Shown one piece after another: positions 18,701 to 27,079 of a stretch of DNA of 64,000 nt; the first letter of the stretch is position 1; the number at the start of each line of letters is the position of its first letter. The stretch is taken from the NCBI GenBank assembly GCA_000002435.2, contig CM018791.1; one strand, given 5' to 3'. The notes under the pieces were generated by a model that was not told where the DNA came from, ran no database searches, and saw nothing but the letters and a program-made list of their open reading frames with translations. This DNA comes from Giardia intestinalis. Lineage: Eukaryota. The translations under genes and the position numbers were made by a program.

Positions 18701-21700
18701 TCCCCAACTATTTTAAGTTCAGACCCTATCCTTCCAATCGTCTTATCAAAAAATGCACCGGATACCCACTCAAGAATGAATGCTTCTCTGAGTATTAGCT
18801 CTACTGGTTCCATATTGATTTTAGAGTAAAGTAGCTTTTTGCTCTCTAAATCGACACCCCGCGAGCATTGGTCTTTGAGGACTGCGCTGACGTAACTTTT
18901 CCTAAGCAAACATGATAGATTGTAAAACTGTTCTAATTTCAGCTCTTGTAAAAATGGCCAATTTGATGTGCCACTGTCTATGGTATCACTCTCAATCCGT
19001 AGCAGATTGCCTAAGCCTGCCTCGATGTCCCTTAGATCTAAAGCATGTGCATCTATTTCTCCCGGATTTGCCTGAAAAGAAGCTGGCTCATATTCGCGTT
19101 GAATGGTCCCTAAAAGGGAGGCGTCCCATGAGACCCAATAGATGTCACCATCCAGGTCGCTGCCTGAAAGGCAATCTGTCATCGGACGACCTTCATAATA
19201 CTTTGGAAAGCAAATCACTCCTCTGTACATTCCCCTGATAGCTTCTTGTGCTACAAAGGATGGCAATACGGGCTTTAAATTCTGCCTGGACGCTTCCCGC
19301 CTGAGCCTTTCAAAGATGTTGACTGCGTGGTAAATTCGGACATCGCCACGATAAAAGCAGGGGTTTTTTGCTACGACTACACGACCCTCGACACAAGAGA
19401 TATTTAGTCCAACAGCAATATCAGATATCTGTAAGTCCAGATCTGGTGGTAGTAACGCTTCCTGCTGTGTGTCATTAGACATTGCCTTAAGATGTGTTGC
19501 TGCGGCCCATTTAGAGATGGATAGCGGCTCCTGCAACCCGACATACACCTCCCCCTCCTTCAAAAGGTCAAAACAATCGTAAACTCCAACGAATATCCGC
19601 GAATCTGGTACATAAAACCGCATATTTGCTTTCATACTACGTAGCTGCATCATTTGCAGCTTCATAAGAAGAAACTGAAGACAGGGCTCTGTAATGTCCA
19701 CGCCAGCCATCAGCATTTGGAGAATAAGCTTCCCGGAAGAACTATGAGATGCTCTACTGACCAACTGATAAAGATCTGCTTGGTGTCTGCAGCGGTCCAC
19801 GGGCTCCAGAAACAGAAGCGTCTTTTGCAAATCTTGATAAACCAGATTGAGAAAGACATCATCCGGAACGCCCATCTCTGATAGTAGCACAATAATCTGC
19901 ATATTTATCATCCCCTTTGACGGCTGCGCCACTCTGAGGATTTCTAGCGTCTGCTGGGTCTCAGTGGGATTAGGGATGCTGAACTTAACTTGAGACTTAT
20001 GGAACAGGATGGTCCTGGGTGGCAGAAGAGCGTTTAGAATGAGCACTCCCTTTGTGCCGGCCCAGCGCATTTGCACTGCAGAAGGTACCTGAATCAAATT
20101 TGAAGCTGTCTTCAAATTTGGTTGGAGATGTGGTACAGTGTGTTCACTGTCCTCGTTAGTATCAGCGAATCCATTATCATAGTATGTTTCTGTATCCTTA
20201 TGCAGTTGCTCGATCTTAAGCTTGTCCAGACAAAGGGCTATCTCGAGCATGAGATCGTAGCTTATCTCTCCTGCGCCATCAGTAAAAACGTAGCCATTAT
20301 ATTCCTTATCTGATACAATCTGCACATCCTCTTCCCTTACCTTTATCGTAGGTAAGGACTTACCAAAACATAGGCCTCTTCGTGTGCATATCTTGCAGGC
20401 CTGGACCTCCTTAATATCCCCGAGCCAATTTATTGCAAACTCGCGGAAGATAACAGCACGTGGACGCATAAACTTGTTCAGAATAGAGTCCAAATGGTCG
20501 ATGCTGGGAAGAATTGGTGATACGTAAAACGTGTAAAGCTTGGAGCTCAGATTGGCGTAAAAGGACTGATAGTATTTAAAGTCTCTGATAAAAGCAGTAA
20601 AGCGCTGCATATATCTATACATTAATTCATAGTCTGGTGCCCTAATAAACCAGCACTGTTGCTCCTTGAGCTGTCCACTCCCTTGTGCATAGTAAACAAA
20701 GACTGAACCACCGAGATAAACACCAGTTGTCAATATATTATAGATTGCTCGTTTTAATACAGATGAATGGGACGAGCGTGCAAATCTCCTGTTGGTTAAC
20801 GAAGGAAATCCGGCCCTAGCAATCGAGTGCTGTATTCTCTCTTCGATCATGACGGGCTTCTTATGTACCTTATGCCTTCGTTGAGCTGGTGATCCTGTGC
20901 GGTCAGGTAACTCAGCTCCATGTCTTCTGCTGTAGGGGCTCACAGATCTCTGCGGTGGTAACGAGGACGATGATCGTGGAACGGCAAACTCTACTCGTAA
21001 GAGGTGGCGCGAACCGAACTCACGAAGATGCCGAGAAGACATTTCAAGAATGGGTGTCTGGGGTAGAAGCAGCGCATAGACCCGCTCTTTTGTTGCAATT
21101 ATGACTATGATAACTTTGAAGACTAAGGCACTGATATTTTTTGGGTTTGGGGCACCGAGAACAGACCTGAGGCGAAGAGGCGAGTGGATGTGGGGGCCAG
21201 ACATGGTTGCAAAGTGATCGAGATGAGTAAATAAACCCAGCTCAAACAGATTGGAATGCGAAGCGTCTGTTCTGTCATCGGTATATACCGAGAAGACGCT
21301 ACTATACGAGTCCTTGCTTACGGTGCTGGTATTGATGTAAATTAGAGCTTGTTTGTGCTCTCCTTCCAACTGTCCATTGTGTAGTACAACTAGGTCGTCA
21401 AGCACTTCTTGTGCATAGATGGGATCAACTTTATGACACTCTGTGACCAGGTAATTGTACGCAGCTAATAGTAGCGAAATCTCGTCTTCATCATTCTCTA
21501 TTGCTGAGACTTGTAAATCGTACAATTGGATAATTATCCGCGATTGATCTAGCGCCCTAAATCCGGCTGAGTTGAGATGGAACTGGTCAAGTGCGTATCT
21601 CAGCGGAAATGATAGACTAAGCAGTGGAAAATCAAAGCCTCGTGGAGGAAAGCACCCCGATGGCGCAATGTATGGATATTGAGCATGTAGTTCGGACGCA

Positions 21701-21708
21701 GAGGGCAT
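15703..21708 (-). CDS. RNA-dependent RNA polymerase, eukaryotic RDR family (2001 aa), with the RdRP domain in the N-terminal half and a long S/T-rich C-terminal extension
   Basis: ATG at 21708 (minus). Contains KNPCFYRGDVRIYHAV and VICFPKYYEGRPMTDCLSGSDLDGDIYWVSWD. These match the RDR family's conserved (R/K)NP..HPGD(I/V)R and SG(S/G)DLDGD.Y.V.WD catalytic signature. Confidence 0.8.
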   Translation of the reverse strand: MPSASELHAQYPYIAPSGCFPPRGFDFPLLSLSFPLRYALDQFHLNSAGFRALDQSRIIIQLYDLQVSAIENDEDEISLLLAAYNYLVTECHKVDPIYAQEVLDDLVVLHNGQLEGEHKQALIYINTSTVSKDSYSSVFSVYTDDRTDASHSNLFELGLFTHLDHFATMSGPHIHSPLRLRSVLGAPNPKNISALVFKVIIVIIATKERVYALLLPQTPILEMSSRHLREFGSRHLLRVEFAVPRSSSSLPPQRSVSPYSRRHGAELPDRTGSPAQRRHKVHKKPVMIEERIQHSIARAGFPSLTNRRFARSSHSSVLKRAIYNILTTGVYLGGSVFVYYAQGSGQLKEQQCWFIRAPDYELMYRYMQRFTAFIRDFKYYQSFYANLSSKLYTFYVSPILPSIDHLDSILNKFMRPRAVIFREFAINWLGDIKEVQACKICTRRGLCFGKSLPTIKVREEDVQIVSDKEYNGYVFTDGAGEISYDLMLEIALCLDKLKIEQLHKDTETYYDNGFADTNEDSEHTVPHLQPNLKTASNLIQVPSAVQMRWAGTKGVLILNALLPPRTILFHKSQVKFSIPNPTETQQTLEILRVAQPSKGMINMQIIVLLSEMGVPDDVFLNLVYQDLQKTLLFLEPVDRCRHQADLYQLVSRASHSSSGKLILQMLMAGVDITEPCLQFLLMKLQMMQLRSMKANMRFYVPDSRIFVGVYDCFDLLKEGEVYVGLQEPLSISKWAAATHLKAMSNDTQQEALLPPDLDLQISDIAVGLNISCVEGRVVVAKNPCFYRGDVRIYHAVNIFERLRREASRQNLKPVLPSFVAQEAIRGMYRGVICFPKYYEGRPMTDCLSGSDLDGDIYWVSWDASLLGTIQREYEPASFQANPGEIDAHALDLRDIEAGLGNLLRIESDTIDSGTSNWPFLQELKLEQFYNLSCLLRKSYVSAVLKDQCSRGVDLESKKLLYSKINMEPVELILREAFILEWVSGAFFDKTIGRIGSELKIVGDMLGYSHPLTMELGRQFFFAIDADKTGWRRKAVSCVRKLLAPSFKKLCQSSQEDLEENYLSESSDFLSDCGTRIDEITHYTTDVYATCLNELADSASTQPDESTNSSSTASDESDGSRGEDGSLRFIFSDTEGSDGSIDEPEPHLKVQSPQHVSLKHGLEPELRESSLVNPLSSSSYSKARAKNNTKRISLQKHGYKLDQNSPGRKDVATNEVAEHVHTKKPKAKMSLSAIASAHAALAQLISSRKRASQVSNQATDTQAHPNFPFSRVSLVPNWMIGNTITGLLYPTDNDWLRLKNKIIYHSKSVAGSIYNLLAAGENNSVSILRKCIEHKEKPFFQAIVDTLRPVSTVLPLNLIKIKDSIETSMAASLASLSLDLSQLTEVSTKDSLMLLGIQNSVFRRQIDISVHIFGSVIADFNSLSRRGKFHTDIKGSGYSRMTSVYSSQMRKGVSDEERRARAVILYYLFYTYALLQLLPTIRYCEQMYGTLELKDVYSDSRSRTPAKATPSSANSASGPSTWSTGASEGTDDMSQTSSSEYKPDTPRRDREHRSRTAFPSLLDSQMHFAYKSDAEGSVVQYLESIATNRALIGISVASNDRLVWSRHTDLPSYKTQTPPPIILCNRYSVTGIPLSEEEKEAQCKLGGFSSVPAFSDISKCLKSLTKKKVSTLPSVVPLSHESSNENGNDMCLAHHLFVNKLPCNWPVSMTNPTIAFSRPSLNDNTVWLWENAWKSFINAQLTLLQSKPRDLQEVPVSALTKQNTFSESYRISVSRNLSAKAGIEEPLCMIHEDLIIKTFNGEDVLVLQEQLNSMIQTCVNATNTSSGTTPSSNYSTSDKTFSTILSEDTPAPSEQSETGTEKISENSTGSYRESSSSVLDDASPTHNQQASIFPQKMRPTHTLLPTGKLSIKDSHSGIDISLQPIFFTRSSLVKINESPNLRSSRFARSYPFVQRRYVEALQICQLVWDICGPELCEAFARCRHQYMHALSPEIIPFVNVRS

Positions 21709-21759
21709 AAGCCCAGATTATCCTGTTTTGTCTTAAAAAATCTAGATAGAGCGAAGCGC
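21709..21759. promoter_or_regulatory. 51-bp divergent intergenic region shared by the RdRP gene (-) and the 21760 gene (+); putative bidirectional promoter
   Basis: aagcccagattatcctgttttgtcttaaaaaatctagatagagcgaagcgc lies between the two outward-facing ATGs and contains an AT-rich taaaaaat element. Confidence 0.4.
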
Positions 21760-24237
21760 ATGAATGAGGATGACGGGCTATCGAGTCTAACGGTGCTTGT
21801 CCTATCTGATTTGAGCGGCGACGATCGCAAACTGACACTTCTATTAACAGAATTGATCAGGAGGCGGCAACTTATCGATTGCATCTTTGTCACCGGAAGC
21901 TTAACAAACGGAGACCCACGGCAGTTTAACAATACTGACTACATAGCTGAAGTTCTAGTGCGCTACAAAGTCGTCCTGCAGACACTCCGGCAGATCTCCC
22001 CATTAGTTTATTTTGTCCAGGGAGCCAATGACCCCGTGCTGACAATAAAAAAGCTATCATCTGGCACTCAAGCAGAGAGTATGGTATTAATGAGGTACCC
22101 AGATAATAACGAGTGGTGCATGGACGTCTCCTTCCAGGCAGTGAGACTCGCATCAAATCTGGTTATTGTTGGCTCTTCAGGGTCCAGCGCATCACTAGAT
22201 TCGTGTGCCAGAGAAGCATATGATAATGGTGCCGACATTCTATGGTCAGATACAATGAAGCAGGAGCTGACTGACACAGACGACCAGAAAGAGACAACCC
22301 CGTCCTCCTCTTCTTCTTCCCCGACTTCATCTTCTACCAGTCTACTACAACGGCTTCTAAACTTTGAGCTCCAGGTTACACTGTTTGATGTCTTGCGATC
22401 AGCACTTCTGGAGTTGAACACAGTTCAACCGTCTTCAGAAGCATTTCTGCATAATATACCTGTGACTAACACAGTGCAATCTGTTCTAAAGGACGTAGAC
22501 CCTAGGCTTTTCTACACGACACGGACGCCTGACGAACTCCGTGCTCTAATTACATATAAGCACAGCACAATGGCTGAACCGTTCAGACATAGGCATATGC
22601 CCAGCGGCTCCAACAGCTGCGTACAAAGGCAATCCCAGCATCCACCCTATCCTTTTGGCCCTTTCTTCTATCCTTATGTTCTTTATGAAGGCCTAAGTAA
22701 CTTTAACTCCTACACAACTGACGCCCTGACACTGGCGATTCAGTATGCTCAATCATTCAATGATTATGTGGTAGACACATCTGCTGAGAGAGATTCATTT
22801 TTGACTTATAGCAGAAGATCTGCTGCGTGGATGAATACACACCTTCTACCCCAGCTTTATGAACCCCTGCCAGCAAAGCTTTCTCGCCTTAGTGATGTGT
22901 CTGGACAAGCGGCTCGAAGCCTTCGCCCCACGTTTTCTTCAGACACCACAACAGGGCGCGTCAATCTCTCCCTGCACTATTCTCTTGACATACTACAGGC
23001 GCATACTACTTTTCATGACGAACCAATGGCAATCTTCATTAAATTCCTTTTGAATCCCAGTTTGTTAAACCCTACAGAGAGCATGTACATGCGGATTTAT
23101 GGGCCATTGTTCTGTCATAGCGTAGACTCTTTGCCAGGCAGCGCCTTCCAGAAGCTAGTAGCCTCATCACCTATTGAAGCAGATCATTTTGTGTCTTCCA
23201 CCGCAGTGTATTCCGATGAGGGCACAGATATCTTATCCCTAGCAACGCCGGCCAATAATGCCATGGACGATATGCTCAAGAAAGAGTGGATGATGAAACA
23301 CACTATTGTAGCTATTAGAGATGGAACTTCTCACGATTTGCATGATCTTTACAAGGAAACGTGTGATATCGTTGATGAATTCTCCTCATCAAGCGACGCA
23401 TCTGCACACAGCACGTCAAAGTATATTCGCTCCATGTCCACGCATTACGTAAAGACTCTGTCGAACCCTTCTAGCACCACTGCTTCACTTGTATCTAGTT
23501 TTACAGACGAGGGTGCTGTGAGTACTGTAGATAGTAGTTCCTCTGCAAAACTTAGCTTCTCCCATTCGCCAGTACTAGCTCCCATCACTCTGCTGGCTAA
23601 ACCTCGTTCCAACTTTGTCTCTCCGAGCAACGTACAGAACTATTCGTCCTACTTAAAGCCAAATAGAATAAAGGAGTCTCCACAAAGTCCCTCCAGCTGC
23701 CTACCAAAGTCACTATCTGTGCTCCCCAAGCTTGGCGAGTCTGCTCTATTCAAAAAAGAGTCTCAAACTAAAGATAAGGGCATGCGAGGCTGGCTTAAGT
23801 TAGCTCCAAATTTATATGATTATTTGCCAAAATCTTGGACAGATTGGTCCAACCTCATGCAATGCACGAGCAACGAATTGTCACAGCTCTATTCATTCAA
23901 TGCGTCAAAGGATTCCGTAATTCTCTTAACACATCAGGGGCCAGCTGGATCGCCCACCAGCTATGAGTTCGATCGAGACAAAGGAGAGCTCCTCGAAACA
24001 GGGTCATATGGTTTGCGTGAGCTCCATTGTGGGAGGCTGAATGTCTTACTCCATGTCCATGGTCGCGCAAGAAGGCCTCTAGTACGACTTTATGAAGTAG
24101 ATGATGTCATGGTATTCAACCCCGGTACATTCCGCGATGGGCTCTATGGTATATTGGAGCTCAAGAGAAAGGCCGGCATCTGGCAAGTGTCTTCAGCCTC
24201 AGTCCATAAGCTCATGGCAGAGATTGGGAGTGCTTGA
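21760..24237 (+). CDS. hypothetical protein with split calcineurin-like metallophosphoesterase signatures (825 aa)
   Basis: ATG at 21760. The N-terminus has LVLSDLSGDD, FVTGSLTNGDP and YFVQGANDP (D-x-GD, GD-x-x-D and GN(H/D)-like motifs). The C-terminus has LLTHQGPAG and LLHVHGRARRP (GHxH-like). These are separated by about 600 aa of S/T-rich sequence. Confidence 0.45.
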   Translation: MNEDDGLSSLTVLVLSDLSGDDRKLTLLLTELIRRRQLIDCIFVTGSLTNGDPRQFNNTDYIAEVLVRYKVVLQTLRQISPLVYFVQGANDPVLTIKKLSSGTQAESMVLMRYPDNNEWCMDVSFQAVRLASNLVIVGSSGSSASLDSCAREAYDNGADILWSDTMKQELTDTDDQKETTPSSSSSSPTSSSTSLLQRLLNFELQVTLFDVLRSALLELNTVQPSSEAFLHNIPVTNTVQSVLKDVDPRLFYTTRTPDELRALITYKHSTMAEPFRHRHMPSGSNSCVQRQSQHPPYPFGPFFYPYVLYEGLSNFNSYTTDALTLAIQYAQSFNDYVVDTSAERDSFLTYSRRSAAWMNTHLLPQLYEPLPAKLSRLSDVSGQAARSLRPTFSSDTTTGRVNLSLHYSLDILQAHTTFHDEPMAIFIKFLLNPSLLNPTESMYMRIYGPLFCHSVDSLPGSAFQKLVASSPIEADHFVSSTAVYSDEGTDILSLATPANNAMDDMLKKEWMMKHTIVAIRDGTSHDLHDLYKETCDIVDEFSSSSDASAHSTSKYIRSMSTHYVKTLSNPSSTTASLVSSFTDEGAVSTVDSSSSAKLSFSHSPVLAPITLLAKPRSNFVSPSNVQNYSSYLKPNRIKESPQSPSSCLPKSLSVLPKLGESALFKKESQTKDKGMRGWLKLAPNLYDYLPKSWTDWSNLMQCTSNELSQLYSFNASKDSVILLTHQGPAGSPTSYEFDRDKGELLETGSYGLRELHCGRLNVLLHVHGRARRPLVRLYEVDDVMVFNPGTFRDGLYGILELKRKAGIWQVSSASVHKLMAEIGSA

Positions 24238-24304
24238 CAGCTACTCTAAGGCGCATTGCCTTTGTTGTCATACCAATGTCAAAAAAGTTCTTCTGAATTT
24301 AAAA

Positions 24305-27013
24305 ATGCTCCCATCCGACTTCCATTCGGATCACTTCAATGAGCACGCAAATGCCGCGGCGATTGAGAGGATCTTGAGCTCTGCCTCCTCGCGCCCTGAC
24401 GGGCTCCTCTATGAGTACGAGGCGTATGAGCTCTTCGAGCTAATCGGCATCAAGGTCCCCGAGTTCAGATACTTCCCTCTGCATTCGTCCCTGGCCTCCC
24501 AGATCAAGACCTTCATGAAGCCCAACCAGAAGTACGTCATCAAGTGCCACATCCCCGGGTGCCTCCACAAGACGGACATCGGCGGGATCATGCTCTTCAA
24601 GGACCGCTCGAACATCGAGGCTGACCTGGAGCCGTTTGTCAACAAGCTCAAGAGCGCCGGCCACAACCTCGAGGGTGTCATTGTTGTCGAGATGGCGAAG
24701 TTTTATGACAGTGGGATGTCAAACGGCGAGCTTCTGATCTCTGTCTTTGAGGACAGCAGTTTTGGCCCGTGTCTCTGCTTTGGCCTTGGCGGTACAGCCA
24801 TAGAATACTATGGGGACGTTATGAAGCAGTCCATGTCCACCGTTTTCCTTCCGGTCTTCTTGAACCTCAAGGAGTCTAAGCCAGCTCTTGCAGCCATAGA
24901 GCGTCTTCCAGTCACACAGTTCTTGCTGGGCGAGGTCCGTGGGAGCAAGGCGCAGGTCAGGTCCTTCAAGGACATCGTGAGCCCCCTCGCTAACCTTGCT
25001 GAATGCGTCAGGTACTATTCGAGATTCAATCCCAAGTCTAGATATGTTGTTACGGAGTGCGAGATCAATCCCACGGTCGTTGAGAAGGGTACTGGCTCCC
25101 TTTTGGCCCTTGATGGCGTTGTCCGCGTCGCCGTTAATCCCAACTTCGGGAAGCCGGCCCGCGAGATCTCCCTGTACAAAGTTGCAAAGCCGCTTTACAA
25201 GATGGGCTATCTCTTCGCCCCGCGCTCTGTCTGCTTGGCGGGTGTTTCTACCAAGGTCGAGTACAACCCCATGACGGTTGTCTGCAAGAAGTTCCTCAAT
25301 CTTCCTGATGAAATGAGACCCGAGATAGTTTGCATTCATCCCACAGCCAAGGAGATTTTTGGAAATAAGGTTTATCCGAGCATTTCAGCTATGATGGAGG
25401 ACCGCAAGGCCTGTGGCCTCGGCAACGTCGATCTGACTGTCGTTGGTATTCCAGCTGCCTCTGCTGGAGCGATGATGCAGGAAATTATTGATCTGAATGC
25501 AACCAAGGCTGTCTTTGTCATGTCCGGCGGTTTTTCTGAGACGGAAGCGGGTAAGGAGAGCGAAGATGGACTCAAGAGGTCTCTAGCTGCATTCGGGAAC
25601 GACACAGAGCGCCGCATGATCATCAACGGCCCGAATACTGTGGGCTATAAGTTCTCATTCGATGTACCCGATGCTGACACAATAGACAGATTGAAGGCGG
25701 AGGGGAACCATCTCGATGCGTTCAGACTGGAGTATCTTCACGACCCTGCCACCCATCTCGAGATCAACACCGTTTTCCTTGCTTCTTACAAGTCTTCTGG
25801 CCTTGAGCAAAATGGACGCCGCAACTGTGCGTTGATTGCCCAGTCCGGCGCATTCATGATCTCGCGCATTGGGGATCTTGCTAACCGTTGCAGGCCGCGC
25901 TGCTGCGTTTCTGTTGGAAACCAGCTCTGTCTCTCTGCGACTGACTGCTTGGAGTGGCTACTGGACGAGAACATTGCCAGGGATGCTGGCTGCACAGATG
26001 AAAAGCTTCTTTCTCTCGAGCGCTACAAGCCAATGATGAAGGTTATTGGCATCTACTCCGAGGGCTTGAACCCATTCGAAGGCATCCGCCTTATCTATCT
26101 GATTGCCAAGGCAAGGAGTCAGGGGAAGATCGTCATAATCTACAAGGCTGCGCGTACCGCTGAAGGCAGCTCTGCAGTTGCTGGCCATACAGCCGCGTTG
26201 GCAGGCAATTACAACGTCTTCAACGAGCTGGTCGACATGGCCGGCGGGTACAACGCCACCTCTGCAGACGACTTTGAGGATGCGTACTATACGGCTACGT
26301 GCATCGTGGATAGGCTAGGATCCCTGGATGCTGCTGTCCTAAGGCGCGAAAGGGCTGCGAAGGATAATCCGGCGCCGCCAGAGGTTGACTCTCATGGGCA
26401 CAAGAAAGCAGCCCCGAATCCTTCTGCAACCTGGATCAGCGGGCAGTCCAACGCCGGCTACGAGAAATGTGCAATGGCAGATCACATGTTTGCTCTTTCA
26501 ACGGTCAACTGCTCCCGCTACCTTTCACTTCCGCAGTTCGATGAGCCGTCGAAGCTGAAGATTGCCGAGCTTTTCAATAAGTATAAGGTCGGGTCAGTCG
26601 TTGACATTCAGGACATCCTGGACACGACCGCTATTCTTCCAGATCTTGCGTATGACGAGATTTCGCGCGCTCTTCTCTCCAGTCCCGCGGTGGACGCAGC
26701 CGTCATCGGGCTCATCTCCGAGACGCACGTCATTTGTACATTGGGCGGTGAGTATGGTGCTAAGTTCAATGAGGATTGCGTAGCGAATAAGGAGTCTGTT
26801 GTCAACAGGTATATTAACATTTGGCATGACCCTGCGCTCCAGAAGCCGTGGGTGTTCTGCAACGCTGGTGGTTGGAAGTATGACGAGCTGAAGGCTCACA
26901 TGACAGCCTGCGGTCTTCCTGTTTTCCCTCAGGTGGATCGCGGCTCAAGGGCCCTGACTGGAATCATCAGGTGTTGGCGTGGGCGTGACTGCCTCTATAC
27001 GCCTCACGATTGA
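24305..27013 (+). CDS. NDP-forming acyl-CoA synthetase family protein (ADP-forming acetyl-CoA synthetase-like), about 902 aa, with domain order ATP-grasp then CoA-binding then CoA-ligase
   Basis: The track ORF starts at 24101 but overlaps the upstream gene by 137 nt. The ATG at 24305 has an AT-rich context (aatttaaaaATG). ATP-grasp motifs: VIKCHIPGCLHKTDIGGIMLF and SSFGPCLCFGLGG. CoA-binding Rossmann: VYPSISAMM...VDLTVVGIPAASAGAMM...NGPNTVG. Phosphohistidine-loop-like AGHTAALAG. Confidence 0.7.
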   Translation: MLPSDFHSDHFNEHANAAAIERILSSASSRPDGLLYEYEAYELFELIGIKVPEFRYFPLHSSLASQIKTFMKPNQKYVIKCHIPGCLHKTDIGGIMLFKDRSNIEADLEPFVNKLKSAGHNLEGVIVVEMAKFYDSGMSNGELLISVFEDSSFGPCLCFGLGGTAIEYYGDVMKQSMSTVFLPVFLNLKESKPALAAIERLPVTQFLLGEVRGSKAQVRSFKDIVSPLANLAECVRYYSRFNPKSRYVVTECEINPTVVEKGTGSLLALDGVVRVAVNPNFGKPAREISLYKVAKPLYKMGYLFAPRSVCLAGVSTKVEYNPMTVVCKKFLNLPDEMRPEIVCIHPTAKEIFGNKVYPSISAMMEDRKACGLGNVDLTVVGIPAASAGAMMQEIIDLNATKAVFVMSGGFSETEAGKESEDGLKRSLAAFGNDTERRMIINGPNTVGYKFSFDVPDADTIDRLKAEGNHLDAFRLEYLHDPATHLEINTVFLASYKSSGLEQNGRRNCALIAQSGAFMISRIGDLANRCRPRCCVSVGNQLCLSATDCLEWLLDENIARDAGCTDEKLLSLERYKPMMKVIGIYSEGLNPFEGIRLIYLIAKARSQGKIVIIYKAARTAEGSSAVAGHTAALAGNYNVFNELVDMAGGYNATSADDFEDAYYTATCIVDRLGSLDAAVLRRERAAKDNPAPPEVDSHGHKKAAPNPSATWISGQSNAGYEKCAMADHMFALSTVNCSRYLSLPQFDEPSKLKIAELFNKYKVGSVVDIQDILDTTAILPDLAYDEISRALLSSPAVDAAVIGLISETHVICTLGGEYGAKFNEDCVANKESVVNRYINIWHDPALQKPWVFCNAGGWKYDELKAHMTACGLPVFPQVDRGSRALTGIIRCWRGRDCLYTPHD

Positions 27014-27079
27014 TTTTCCAGGTGTAAATAAGGGCATTAGTTTACATACCGAGGACGACAGGATTGGGAGGCGTTGGCT

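Noticed and set aside
16074-21104. Numerous 60-110-aa ORFs on both strands within the RdRP gene.
   Set aside because: They are embedded in a continuous 2001-aa ORF that carries conserved RDR catalytic motifs. They are chance ORFs.
24101-24304. A 68-aa N-terminal extension of the acyl-CoA synthetase ORF (MMSWYSTPVH...).
   Set aside because: It overlaps the 3' end of the upstream gene by 137 nt, and the sequence is not protein-like. The ATG at 24305 has the AT-rich aatttaaaaATG context typical of real starts here.
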